A stretch of 63,409 bases of DNA, filler included, from Sphacelaria rigidula (GCA_964200075.2; 5 parts of 5 records of this genome joined end to end with filler, not necessarily neighbours in it); one strand, 5' to 3'; numbered from the whole stretch's first letter, positions 1-12,705 are shown. Numbers and translations are program-made. The notes: generated by a model not told the origin, from the letters alone.

Positions 1-309
1 GAGCCTCTTCTCGAAGTTAAACCTCAATTCGCACAATTTGTTGTTTTATGGTGGTGACCTAACTGTTGCTGGCGTGGCGCATGGGCAATGTGCAGCGCAC
101 GCTGGTCACGTGAACAGCTCGGTACAGTACGAGTAGTAGCTTCCTATAAGTAATAATTATTCCGCTGTCAGAAAAACGTGATCACGCTGACCAACTGCAT
201 CGAAGTCGCAAGACCTGTGAAAGCTAGAGGGTTTAATATTTTTTATCTGTATTCACAAAATTGGAACGGTTCTGAAAACCTGAGGGAGGACGGCTTTCCT
301 GTCCCCCAG

Positions 310-3172
310 CTAGGCATCGATGAACGAGGAAAGACTTTTACAGGCGGATACAACGCACATGGGGGCCCGGAGAAGTTTCTTCCCATCAAAATCTGTGTAT
401 TCCAAGCTGCAAAGCGTTCCATGCGCATTGTTTTCTAGTACGAAGGGTAACTTGTCGATTTCTATTCCGTTGTTCGAGCGCTGTCCGATGTCAATCCCGG
501 AAAAGTTTCGTGTTGCTGTTCGATAGTTTCTTCGGATGTTTGACTGGACCCGAAGCGGCCACCTTCCCTTCGGTGATTGGCTGGCAACAGCTGCTTTGGT
601 TAAGCAACCACGCGATCAGTATGATGTTGAGGATCACGGAATACGCAGCAGATGAAACGTGTTTTGCATGTTTTGGGGGTAGATAGTGACCACCACATAA
701 ACACGGAGAGGATCTAGCTATTCCGACAACCTTTGCGTTGGGATTTCCAGTGTTGAAAGCCGGTCGGCGAAACAAGTAAGGAGGTCTGACGCCCAAACGA
801 GGGGGGTTTTGAAGTAAAATATTGAGCACCATGCACGGTGAAAAATATCGGTAATTAACGAAACAAAAAAAGATACTGTATACTGTATAGATGCACAAAC
901 GGCTCGACACCATGACCAACTGAAACGCTGGAAATACTGCTGTGCCGTCCGTGTTGGAGTCAGAAATACCCACCAAGCCCTTTTTCAACATTTCGCGCTT
1001 GGCCCGGGTAGATCGAGCTCGCCGCCGGTCTTTTTCGACCTTCTCCAAGCCCTCGAACCTCGTGCTCAGTGGTCCACGGCGCCCCCCCCCGTCTCCGCCG
1101 TCGGCCCCCTCCCCCGCAGTAGTAGCCTCCCCGTCCTTGATCGACGCCTCTTTGTTCGTACTGCGCCCAGATTTGCGCTACATACATGAAAAGGTAGCAG
1201 CAAGGCAACAAGAAGAGGTGATGTTGCCAACTGAATATGAGGCTGTTGGAGCAGGGCTGGAGACAAGCATGAACACTTTTTTTCAGCTCTGTACGGTGCA
1301 CCTCGGCTTTGTCTACTTACACAGATGGCAGCCACCTCATGATGAGTCACTTGTGTTTGTATAGGCGTACTATTCACCTCGAAAATGAATCCACACCCCA
1401 ACTCAAGGACTTTTTTTTGCAACTGGAGGCAGGAAAGGATGACAGCGTCAAGTTTCGCGTAGTCTGATCCTTGGTGGTACTCATAGACACACGGAACGAA
1501 CGCAATGGGGGGATGAGGGGATGAGGGGATGAGAGGGAAGACCGCTGAGCTTTGAGATGCGGGCAGCCAGCTACTCTGGGCGAAGACTTTCAGCAACATG
1601 GACTCAAAGGAGCTCGTGTTTTGCCTCAGGCACCATTGCCTCCCCCTCCCCCCTTCCCACTCTACAAATCTCGAAGGTTTCGGCGGTATGATGATGTTCC
1701 AACAGTCGTTTTTTGCCGTGTTGTCACCTCCACGAGCAAACGTCTTCTCATATATCAAAACCCATCTACCCAAACACTGCCGCAAGCCTCACGCACAATC
1801 AACGTGATGCAGCAGCGCTACAGCATGTACCGCAGTATCGACAGCATTGGTGCTATAGCGTCTGCATTCCATCGCTGCCATTTATTTTTTCGTGGGCAAC
1901 AGATTGCGTTGTCACCAATTATACTGCGTACAGTATCGACTATCGCGTCTACTGCAAAATCAGCCGATCATCGAAATTGAGGATGGACCTTGTCATTGAG
2001 GATGAGAACTGGGAGGATTGAAATCTTCGTATGCACACCAAATCTTCGAAATGTGGTTTCATTCCTTCATCAACAAGTAGCTATTGACAAGTACTACACG
2101 CCACACAAATTTGGATTTCGACAACCGAAATGTCAGGGTCCTAGGTGCAGAACCAATTCCGGGAAATTCCGGCGATCCGATCGGATTACCCCAAATTCCT
2201 CAAGATTGTTTCTTAATCTAGAATCCCAGCATTTCAGTAATCGAAATTCAAATTTTCAGGGCGTGTAGCAGTTGTTAATAGCTACCAGTAGGTGAAGAAA
2301 TGGAACCATATTTCGAAGATTTGGTGTGGATACGAAGATTTGAATCCTCCAGCTTCTTATCCTCAATGAGAATCTCCATCCTCAATTTCAATGATCGGCT
2401 GTTGAAAGATATTAGGTGAACACACGGAAACATCCGCTCAGGGGATCTCGAGAATAGGCAGAGCAACCTGGACAAAAAAGACAAAGGGAACGAACAAAGA
2501 AATCAGCGAAAACTTGACGCTGAGATCTGTTACCGGCCTCGAGAAATATTGAGCATGCATGCACAATACATGAATACATGAGCACGAAAGCAATCCGCGA
2601 ACAGCTTATGCCTGGCTCGCCGGGTGTCGCGACTTACCTTTCGCAATTTGCTGCTCATCCACGGTCTGAATTTGTCACTTGTTCCGTAGGTCTTCATGCC
2701 AACAGCTTGTGAACTAGAGCTGTGTGTGCAGTGAGCTTTATTCGACTGTTTTTTTTCTCGTTGTCTCAAGATGATATTGCGTACTATTAGTAACACTTAC
2801 CTGCTCTAGTTTGGCCAAAAGTTCGTCGTCATTGTCTTTGGTCATGTACTCCAAGGGTACATCAATCTTTGCGAACTGCATGGCTTTGATCTCGTCGCTG
2901 TTGCTTTCGCCTTCGTCGTCGTCCCCGATGCCATCCTTCATGCACAGAAAAAACAATAATGTGGTACTATTGTTATTGTTATTGTTATTTTTATTGTTAT
3001 TATTATTGTTGCTATTCTTCTTCTTCTTCTTCTTCTTAATATTATTATTTTGATCATCATCATCAGCATTATTATATATTATTGTTGCCGTTGTTGTTAT
3101 TATCACTATTATGGGTTATAATTACTATTATATACATTATCATCATTATTTTTGATGACATAATTCACAACA

Positions 3173-3230
<58 letters not shown>

Positions 3231-6089
3231 GGGTCTTACTATTGTTATCAGTAGGAGTAGCAATGTCATTAATATTGTTATTGTGCTACTGCTACTGCTA
3301 CTATCATTATTACCGTCATCATCATCATCATCATCGTCATCATCGTCATCATCGTCATCTTTTTTGTCGTCGTCGTTGTTATTGGTGGTTGTGGTGAAAA
3401 TAGATGCTCACATCGTGTTGTCAATGGTTGAAGGTGTTTACTGCCTATTTGAGCAGTTTTCAAACATAGAGTATAGCGGTTGAAGACATGAAAAATGTGA
3501 CATATCACACGTTTCAAGGTTGTGTATGCACACGACGACGAGGAGAGCTTGTTGCTCCATTAACAGGAGCGAAAGGGGTAGGACGTAAAACAATGCCTTT
3601 CAGTAAGCTAACCCTTCATAACTGCGAATCTTTCAGAATCTCCATTATAGTGCAGGAGGAGGAGGAGCCTTCCTACTTACAACAGCCGATCATAGAAATC
3701 GAGGATGGAGCTTTTCATTGAAGATGAGAACCCGGAGGATTCAAGTCCTCGTATCCGCACCAAATCTTCGAAATGTGGTTCCATTCCTTCACCTACTGGT
3801 AGCTATCGATACGTACTACACATCACACAAAATTCGGATTTTGATCACCAAAATTTTGAGGTCCTAGTGGAAAACCGTTTTCGGGGAATTCCGGCGATCC
3901 GATCGGATCACCTAAATTCCCCCAAACTGTTTCTTCATCATGTAGGACCCCAATGTGTCGGTTGCCGAAATCCAAATTGGTAGGGTATGTGGTACTTATC
4001 AATAGCTACCAGAAGGTAAAAAAAGGGAACCATATTTCGAAGATTTGGTGTGGATAGGAAGATTTCAATCCTCCGGCTTCTCATCCTCAATGAGAATCTC
4101 CACCCTCAATCTCGATGATCGGCTGTTTTATGAGAAAAACGCTAAATCACAAACGTCGGCACCAGTCCGCACATGAACTCCGTGGCAGATGGCGGAACAC
4201 TCGGCTGTCAAAGAAAACATTCTTAACCCTGTTGGAACCGTCAATGAAAAAATGACGATTTACAAGTGACGTTTTCGTGGGCAAGGTATGCTTGTTTTTC
4301 TGCAACTGTTGATGATACATCCCACTGAAACGGTGCACCACTCTAAGTTCCAGTATACTAATGTGACAGATTCGTGCACCGAACTCGAAGTGACGTTTTT
4401 TCCAGTGACGAAAGCTCGCATATGGGAGTGTGTACTGTTTTTCGCGAGTTTCAAACGGGTCAAGTACCATTCTAACTGACTGCAACAGGTGCTTCGCTCT
4501 TGTCTGCGTGGCTTCACTTGTGAGATACTCTATATTCCAGAATTTTGGCCTCTTCGCAGAAAAGCGTGATGTGGGCCGAGGCGAAACCTACGTGTGAAGT
4601 GTCAACACCTGGTTTCTGGAAAAAGCTATATCTGCCTTCTTCGGAATCGATATCAAGATCTGGTTTCTGAAACCAGCTGTATCTGTCTTTTTCAAAACTG
4701 ACTTTCAAGACCTAGTTGATGAAATCGGCTATCTGCGTTTTTCGTAATGAATTTCAAGACCTGGTTTCTGAAACTACCAATCATCTGGATACGCTTTTTT
4801 GCTATCCCTTCCGTGACAAGCTTTAGGCTCTTTTTTCGGGGGGGGGGGTAGCAGTCGCGGCATCACTCTTCATGATCTGTTCTCGTTAAATACAGCCAAA
4901 ATGCTGGCGAATCCTACTGGCTACTCAAAACTCCCTTTGCCTTCTCCTGTCATGTGGTGGGATAAATAAATAAATTCGCACACGGTGTTCTGTAATGTTT
5001 ACCTTCAGACCATCGGGAGGGGCTGGTACTGAGAGGCCCTGCCCCTCGATAGCCGGCGGTTCCGGAGGAGGCGGAAGATCGCCCCCACCCCCGCTAGTTC
5101 GCTTCACAAACATCACCGTCTGAACCTGTTTTGTGTTGGGATTCGTTTTGAGATTGTTTGTTGCATGATCATTCCGTGACTATCACCGGAACGAATAATT
5201 CAACCTGCATACACTTTCAGTTGCAAAACAAATTGCACAGCATCGTCTGAATTGAGACCTGTTCCGTGTACCTACTCTTTTTCTCTCTTCATATATTTTC
5301 ATTTTTCTACATCCAAGAATATCCAACATGATTCCAGATGCCGATTTGGGTTTGACACAAAACAACTATCGTTTTTCTTGTGGTATCAGCTTACAAGACA
5401 CGTACACGTACACGACAGCGATCATCACCTGAGAACAGAAAAAACGTTCCTAATGCAAACACAGAAGAAACACTTGAGAATGCTGTACGGTCCGGATAGC
5501 ACTGGCTCGAATATTAATAAAAAAATATGAATCATGATGTTCATCTGCAACAACTACAAAAGCTGAAACGACCGCGCAGGCTCCAATAGATCCCATCAAC
5601 ATGAAGAGGGCTAAACGATTATACTCCTCCTATCTACTCAATATGTTTTGTGTATAGGGTCACACCTAACTAAATGCCGCTAGACGTCATCATCCAATTG
5701 GCTCAGTTTTCTACAGGAAAGACACAAACACGATACCTGATACAAACAATCCTCCTGCGAAAATCCAGGCCCCTCCCCATGCCGTTCGCCGATACGAGAA
5801 CCGGAAATGCTTGGCGCGACGTACGAAGTCGCGATAACATCATCGTCTGCGTCAAGGTCCCCGGGGCCGTCCAGAGACCGCGATATCAGAGCAGCCACGG
5901 TGCCTTCCTCTATCCCCAGACCCACATCACGCGTCAGGTTGCCGAGAGCGTCGCTGGCCACCTGATGTTTATTTTCCAATTTTTCACGAAAGCCGGGGAT
6001 TGTTGTGGGGAAAGCTGTCGGGGTGCGGGGTACTAATCATGTTATGCACATACGTAGCCTTCGCTGTGTCATGGAGACCTTTCACCCGT

Positions 6090-6134
<45 letters not shown>

Positions 6135-6510
6135 GGAGAGAGAGAGAGAGAGAATGGAAGAGAGAGGTCGACACTCATTAGTCGTTTTCGAAGATGCAGT
6201 CATCTGGCTTCTATCTTGAAAATATATGATTTTTGCCCATGAAAAACGTGAGAACGTGGGCAGCAAAAACTGTTTGTTTGGGCGAGGGTCGACGTGGTGC
6301 CAGGCAGTGCTGATCCAACCCGGGGCTGAGTTGGAGTAGTCCTTTGCGACCACGGACGGGTCCTGAGGAAGAGGGGCAATCGGAAGTCAGGAGGAAAAAC
6401 AAAATGTTGTGCTTGCTGCTGATGTTGGGCGACGACGCTTTCGGCGAACCGTACTTACTTGATGCTCGTGGTCACAGCAAGGGACGTATCGGGGGGGACA
6501 TGGAAGTTGA
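310..6510 (-). CDS. Multi-exon protein-coding gene of unknown function (3' part; 5' end uncertain)
   Basis: Phase-consistent GT-AG exons read on the minus strand: 5737-5961 (VASDALGNLTRD...EDCLYQ), 5003-5125 (VQTVMFVKRTSGGGGDLPPPPEPP...GLK), probable ~4265-4479, 2801-2935 (DGIGDDDEGES...LLAKLEQ), 2638-2691 (TYGTSDKFRPWMSSKLRK), open frame ~1786-1321 (...GSDYAKLDAVIL...HEVAAIC), 970-1177 (RKSGRSTNKE...KKGLV) and terminal 310-590 (AVASQSPKGRW...SFIDA*). Further candidate exons lie at ~6180-6510. No domain recognised. Confidence 0.65.
1961..2401. mobile_element. ~440-bp fully palindromic foldback/MITE-like element, copy 1 (intronic)
   Basis: Starts CAGCCGATCATCGAAATTGAGGATGGA and ends TCCATCCTCAATTTCAATGATCGGCTG. 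The arms pair imperfectly all the way to a central palindrome ATCCGATCGGAT (2175-2186) at the midpoint. Confidence 0.85.
2955..3390. repeat. Compound trinucleotide microsatellite (ATT/TTG/TTC/TCA/TCG)
   Basis: Runs of (TTA)n, (TTC)n and (TCA)n. They explain the poly-L/N/S/K ORFs in the ORF track. Confidence 0.95.
3683..4125. mobile_element. ~440-bp fully palindromic foldback/MITE-like element, copy 2 (intronic)
   Basis: Same family as 1961-2401: CAGCCGATCATAGAAATCGAGGATGG...CCCTCAATCTCGATGATCGGCTG, with central ATCCGATCGGAT at 3897-3908. Confidence 0.85.
4608..4775. repeat. Degenerate ~50-bp tandem repeat (about 3.3 units)
   Basis: Units begin (C/T)CTGGTTTCTG(G/A)AA, contain TATCTG, and end TCAAGA; the third unit is more diverged. 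Confidence 0.75.
6096..6151. repeat. (TG)n(AG)n microsatellite
   Basis: Directly visible. Confidence 0.95.
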
Positions 6511-6820
6511 GGACAACGAGGTGGCTCGTGGAAAAAACAAGAAGAGAAAGGACAATGATATTTCGCTTTCTCGAGATGGACGATATCAATAGTTATAAGG
6601 TAATACAACTGAAAGAAGGGGTCGATCGTCAAAGCCGAACGCTGCAGCACGACGAGGTATTGTAGGAGTAGTATCCTACTCAAAAAACCCGAAATGAAAT
6701 ATGCGCCCTCAAATAAAGCCGATTGGAGAATCAGCGAAATCCGAAAAAAAGCAAACCTGAAAGGTACTCGATTTCTCTAGTCTTTTGAGGGAAGAAGGCG
6801 GGGGGCGGGGGGCGGGGGGG

Positions 6821-7716
6821 CGTACTCATTTGCTACTTGCCTTAGTCGTTTGACCATTGACCACGCAACCCTTTCGAGACGGAGCACCGTTCCTACTCCT
6901 AAGAGAGACACCTTCAACATTCCGGCGCTCATTACATTCCTTCCATACATCACACAAACACCCTTTACATATCTTATTCCCGTCCTGTTTTGCCGTCTCT
7001 GGCCACCATCTATCTCCTATAGCCATCGTTTTCTCCCTACTGTCTAATGCATCAAACGATTTCATGCCACCTTCGTTCACGNNNNNNNNNNCTCTAGCAC
7101 GTCCCGTTCCTCCTTGTATAGTTCACATTCTGCCACTATATGACTTTTGCTCTCTATTGCTTTGCCACAGGGGCAGTTCTGCCCACCTACTTCCTCCCTC
7201 ACACGCCGACTGGTATATCTCTTTCTTCTTTCTGGCAGGTCTAAGTCCCCCACCCGAAATCGCAAGTTCATATTTTTCGCAGCGTTCATGGGGCCATGCA
7301 AATATGCTTTCATCCCTATCTCCTCTCTCAACCACCCGTATATCTCCAGGTGTTCTTCCTCGTCTACTTTGCGTCTGAGCGCTCCTTTTCCCCTTATTTC
7401 GATCATATCTCTTACTTTCGTCTTGTACCCGCGCCTTCGCGTCTTCATCTATGGACAGCATTTCGTCTTGGTTTCCGCCTATCTCCTTCCACACTTTCTC
7501 GACTTCTCTATCCCACCTTATAGCACGACCTTTCGTACTTCTTCTGTATACAGCCCTATCAACTATAGCTGGCAGCCTCTTTCTTTACATGTTCTTTACG
7601 CTATACTGCCATCGCAATTTCCTCATGTCTCTGTTTTAAGTGAGTACATTCCCAACTCTGCTCTCAAAATTGTATTACTCGTCGTTTTCGAGCATCCGAG
7701 TATTTTCGTAGCTGCT
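6821..7716 (-). mobile_element. 5'-truncated non-LTR retrotransposon (LINE), C-terminal part of ORF2 with CCHC-type knuckle; decayed
   Basis: Minus-strand peptides AATKILGCSKTTSNTILRAELG..., LHGPMNAAKNMNLRFRVGDLDLPERRKRY, CPCGKAIESKSHIVAECELY, ...GAPSRKGCVVNGQTTKASSK*. Contains frameshifts and a 10-N gap at 7082-7091. Confidence 0.85.
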
Positions 7717-8086
7717 GGGGGGGAATGGGATGCTCTGTTGGCAAACTTTGCGCCAGCGAAGCTCAAATCGATGGCTCATTACTCTGCCTCTGCGCCAATC
7801 ACGTGAATTTGTTCAAACATAGCTTTCGACTGTTCCCTCGACGCCTTGAGTCCCAGTATGGTCTTGGAACACCATCACCGGCTGATGGTTCAGGAGTTTC
7901 AATGTTTTTGGTGGGGCAGCGTGCAGGTTCCCCGATCGTCAGCGATTTTTTCTCAGATCAAGCATGTGTCTTTTCAGGAACGTTCTGGGTCCGGCAACAG
8001 GTGTGAAGAGGGGTGGGGTGACCATCTTGATTGTTCTGGTTGGTGTGATGTCCCATTAACCCTTAGACAGCAAGCTGCGGGGGGGG

Positions 8087-10220
8087 CGTACTCATTTGTT
8101 GCTTGCCTTAGTCGTTTGACCATTGACCACCCATCCCTTCCGAGACGGAGCACCGTTCCTACTCTCTTATGAGACACTTCCAACGTTTCGGTGCTCATTA
8201 CATTTCTTACATGTATCACACAAAAACCTTTTACGTACCTTGTCCCCGTCCTGTTTCGCCGTTTGTGGCCGCCATCTATCTCCTAGTATAACCATAGTTT
8301 TTTCGCTACTGTCTGATGCATCAAACGATTTCATGCTATCCCTACGCCAAGGTACGTATAATGGTCTGCAATTGACAATCCCTCTGCTCTCCACTTCCAT
8401 TTGAACTACCGGGGCTTTCTTATCTTCGTTACATACAAGTACCGCGCATTTGTTAACGTTCGCTGTTACCATTTCCTAGTGTATTCTAGCGCCTTCTCTA
8501 TTTGCTTCTGCAAACCTTCTGGTCTTTCGGATATCCCTACAATACCATCCGCGGACTTCAATCTCGATACCGTATCTTCCCCCATCTTCACCCCTTGCTT
8601 TGCTGATTCTATTGTTACCATCAGGTCATTTATGAAAACCTCGAACAAAGTGGGTGAAAGCGTACATCCTTGTGCAACTCCTTGAAAAATATCGAAATAT
8701 TTCGATGTCTCCCCGTCTAGATCATAGCACTTGTGGCACATTCTGTCATCTACCCTCTGATCCCAGTTTCCCTCGTCTGTTTTCACAGCCCATTTCTCCA
8801 TACTTTGTCATAAGCCTCTTGTACGTTCATTAAGAAACAGTACGTTGTCAGCCCGGCGTTTTTCCTACAGCACCTTGAATAAACTTCCCTAATGTGTACG
8901 CGTGGTCTACGCAACTTCGATTTGGTCTAGAACCTGCTTGACCCTCGCTGATTTTCTCTTCCTCTTTAGCATCGTTCCCCCTCTATCATTCAGAATCTTT
9001 TAGAACGCTTACCCTATCGCGCTCAGTAGATTATCCCTCTTTATTCCCCTGGGTCAACCTTGTCTCCTCAGAAAGGTTGACGGCTACTCTCTTCTCTCCA
9101 CCTCTTGGGTGTGTACTCGTTTTACCAGATCCAGCTATCCAGCAGAACCATCATGATAATCATTCCCTCTCCGAGATACTCTGGAAATTCATTCACTAAT
9201 TCGTGTTCCCCTGCTGCCTTTCTGTTCTTGAGCTTTGTTACGCACTCCTCCATTCCATCGCTTGTGGAATCTCTGCATTTTCTTTGGAGCCAACATCCTC
9301 TCGCGTTTACACCTCTACCTCTACATTTGCCTCTGCTCATGGGTTGATTTCTTTCTCGAATTACGTGTCGAACCTCCTGTCAGTTGTTGGTGTTCCTAGT
9401 TTACAGTAGTGTTCTCTCGGAACTTCTCTGTTCCCCTTCGAACTACCAACCATTCTACCGTTCTGTGCCCGTAGTGTGGCTATCCCCCTGTTCTATCTCT
9501 CCTGCCAGGTTTCCCATCAACTCGTTTATCCCTACCCACATTTGTTCCATCCCGCCATCGTAATCTCTAATTGTTTTATTTACTACAGCTTCCCGCGTTC
9601 TCTTTTTTCACCTCTTTCTATGCTCGTCCCATTTTACCTCTTTCTATGCTCGTCCCATTTTACCGTAGGTTTACTGTATATATGCTGTGGTCTTGACCAA
9701 TTGCTCCCCCATCCTTCTATAACCTTCGCTTCTGCCCGATCCTTTCTCTTTCTGTATTAACGGTACCTACGCTTGCCAACAGCTCGGAAATTTTCATGGC
9801 ATTTTTGGTTATCTTCTTGGAACTTCTGCTGTTCTTCTTCTGTTTCTAGTTTATCTGCTCTCCATTTGTACAACTTCCTACCCCGCCTATTCCTTATAGC
9901 TCTCGTCTGTTGGCTGTCTGTCTATTTCAGGCAATGATTCGTAATTCTCACGTCCTCTATGCGTACATGTACTTCCATTCCCTCCCTCTTTTTTTTCCCT
10001 ACCGCTATATAGTCAAGAATCCACTACATAGTCAAGATGGAGTTTGCTTTCTCGCCTGTGTATTTTCTAGTCCATGCCCATTGCGCCTCTGGCTTTTGTG
10101 CTCTATCGTTCAGCGTCTTCATCTCGCTGTTCTCAAGGAACTTTCGCATTTCTACCCCATTCGTGTTCTTCGTATCTTCCCCGTATTGCCCAATGTCATC
10201 ACCCGGTTGACTCACCTTCT
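8087..10220 (-). mobile_element. Decayed LINE: APE endonuclease C-terminus plus reverse transcriptase, joined by an internal deletion to the ORF2 C-terminus
   Basis: EN remnant QPGDDIGQYGEDTKNTNGVEMRKFLENSEMKTLNDR. RT motifs KLKNRKAAG, FQGVAQGCTLSPTLFEVFINDL, a decayed catalytic motif (SADGIVG in place of F/YADD), VTANVNKCAV and YTYLGV. YTYLGV jumps directly to DSMKSFDASDSSEK near 8340, and the element ends at stop 8094-8092 like the copy at 6821. Confidence 0.9.
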
Positions 10221-10990
10221 GAGCCTTTCATAATACTCAACACACATTTCAACCGTCAAACAGAAAAAGTCGTTTCCAGCATAGGCTGTGCGGCAGCTTG
10301 CGGTGGGGGGGGCAAGGGATTCACTGTATGTGCGGATAGGGTGGAGGAGGGGTGGGGGGGAGGGAAGGGGGGGTCGGGTACGGAGCTAGCTGGGGGGAAA
10401 TCATTGCTTGTATATTAATTTATAGTCTTAGCAACATATCTGCATACTGTACAGAACAAGTTTAGGCTATGGTCGGAAGAGAATTATCTCCATACTGAAC
10501 GCAAATATTTGGGCCTATATAAAGGCGAGAGTCAAAAATGGTATATGAAGTAATGACTCAGATTCTCAGCACATGTACTACCGCATAGACAGACAGAGCA
10601 TGCTTGCAGGTTACCGCACTATTTCTGTGGTCGTAGGCACACAGTGGTAGTGGCGTTTTTTTAAAAATGAAACGATGGGAGTACTTTTATTTTGTCCCTT
10701 TAAACCGCAGTCGACATCTTCTACGCGAGTAGTCATTGGCCTAAACCCATGCTGTAGCTCGGTGTGCCTGCTGTGGGTGATAAATATGTGAAGAATTTTC
10801 ATGTAGCTTCCTTCGAAATAGGTGTCGGGTGTTCACCGCTGAGTGGCATGCTTTGTATCGAAGATGCTCTCATTTACTGTTTTTGTGCTGCCGCGAATGA
10901 GCTGCCGCGAATAGGGGGATATAGCCTAGAGTCTTCAACTGACAATTGCTTCCGGAGTGATGTTAGCAGAAGTAGCAGTGGAAGTAGATT

Positions 10991-11061
<71 letters not shown>
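10991..11061. repeat. (TTG)n microsatellite
   Basis: Perfect TTG run. Confidence 0.95.
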
Positions 11062-11160
11062 ATCGCTTGTCGTTGGGTTTTTGATTTTAACGCTATTTTT
11101 TACATACGTGGCGTTTTCAACATTCTCGTTTCGTCTTTCTTGATGCCGTTTGCCCTCCAG

Positions 11161-11944
11161 CGCGTCCGCTGCTAGAGCGAACAAGGGAGCAGCGGAGCTA
11201 ACCTTGAAGTTGAAGGACATGGAGACGTCTCTACGCCAGAAGGTGACTACCTCGCACACGCTCGGTTGTACTTGAAGATATTGAGAAACAAATGCTCGAT
11301 TTAGCGTTTGCTACGGAAAATTCACCGATATGCACCCGCGAGGAGAAACGTTTTGCCTTCTCTCCTTCTGTATAAATAGGTAGGTCTACTGCTGTATAAA
11401 TAGGGTTATCTATCTACTTCTGCACTAGTAGGTTTATCCACCACCTTTTCCCTCTCTCTGTTTGTCCTTTCAAGGGTGTTGTGTCGCCGTGTTCTTTCTC
11501 CGTCTCTCACCCCCTCTCTGTCCATCTGCCCCTCTCTCCACTTCTGGCCATCTCATTCCGGTTCATCGCTTTCCGCCCACTTCTCCGTGTGTGTTTGTGT
11601 GTGTTTGTATGTGTTTGTGCGTGTTTGTGTGGTTTGTGTCTGTCTGTCTGTCTGTCTGTCCGCCTGCCCGTCGGTCTCTGTTTTTCAATCTCTCCCCCTT
11701 CCCCCTCTCCTCCTTCTTGATATAATTTCTCTCACCCCACCCCCCCCACCNNNNNNNNNNTTTTTCTTTCCTTGCCTCCCCCCTCCCCTCCGTCTTCTTT
11801 TTTTCCCCCCCCCCCCCCCCCCCCCCCCCCTTTGTTTTCCCCCCCCCCCCCCCCCCCCCCCATCTCCCTTTATCTGGCCTTAAGGGCGATGCCGAGAACG
11901 AGGCTTCCAGACTAAGGGCCGAAGCCGAGCAGGAGCGAGATGAG
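11161..11944 (+). CDS. Two internal exons of a probable coiled-coil protein (partial gene)
   Basis: ccctccag|11161-11242 (ASAARANKGAAELTLKLKDMETSLRQK)|gtgac and ttaag|11885-11944 (GDAENEASRLRAEAEQERDE)|gtgac join in phase 0. A possible further exon lies at ~12221-12250 (EIVRLKIIN|gtaag). Confidence 0.55.
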
Positions 11945-12605
11945 GTGACACGAATACCAATATGGGGGATTGGGCACTATCACAGCAAAACACTAGTATC
12001 CAGTAGGGTGTCTGACCTACACTCCGGACCGGGTTTCTACTACAGTACAAACACCGGCATGCACTACTCGTAGTACACATCTGATACATGCTCTGTGGTG
12101 GGGTACTTTTAGACTTTTCTACCTCTGCTCTTTCTTTTTCTTCTTCTTCCGTCTAATGTTATTATCCATTCTTTCTTATTGTTGCGTTATTTTGTGATGG
12201 GGGCACCGTCACCATTGTAGAGGAAATAGTGCGCCTGAAGATCATCAACCGTAAGCAGCAGCGGACTCCTTTCGGGCGTTTTCCGTCTTTTACCCGTTGT
12301 GTTGTGTTTTTTTCCCACCCTTGGAAGTAGACTCTCCTTCCCCTCGTGTGTCTATTGTAGTACCGTATACTCCTACAGGGTCGGTATCTTTATGCTCTCG
12401 ACGACCCTGGCTCTGGGAAATCGGATTTATGATTCATGCGCGAAGCACTTGTGGTTTGTGAAAAGCGATATGACACCTTCTACGATAGCTCCCCCCCCCC
12501 CCCAAACAAGCCTGGTCCGGCGAGAACCCGGCGTGCTCCGTCCCGGCTTTGTAGGGGCGGACCCCCGATGGGGTTGGCGTCGCTTGGCGATGACGCTGTA
12601 AAACA

Positions 12606-12705
12606 NNNNNNNNNNNNNNNNNNNNNNNNNNNNNNNNNNNNNNNNNNNNTTAATTAATTAANNNNNNNNNNNNNNNNNNNNNNNNNNNNNNNNNNNNNNN
12701 NNNNN
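12606..12705. other. Artificial contig linker N44-TTAATTAATTAA-N44
   Basis: 100-bp spacer whose core places stop codons in all six frames. Confidence 0.97.

Noticed and set aside
2738-3517. Poly-L/N/K/S/T ORFs suggesting membrane or low-complexity proteins
   Set aside because: These are translations of intronic microsatellites. Only 2801-2935 is exon-like.
4608-4775. Regularly spaced CTGGTTTCTG repeats as CRISPR or a coding repeat
   Set aside because: The intervening sequences resemble each other, so this is a plain tandem repeat, apparently intronic.
10764-11259. Poly-C, poly-V and poly-N ORFs
   Set aside because: They come from the (TTG)n microsatellite.
11462-11883. Proline-rich ORF
   Set aside because: Pyrimidine and poly-C low-complexity intron next to a 10-N gap, probably low-quality sequence.
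12650-12661. TTAATTAATTAA recurring about every 12.7 kb as a biological periodic signal
   Set aside because: It is always centred in exactly 44+44 Ns and gives stops in all six frames, so it is an assembly linker.
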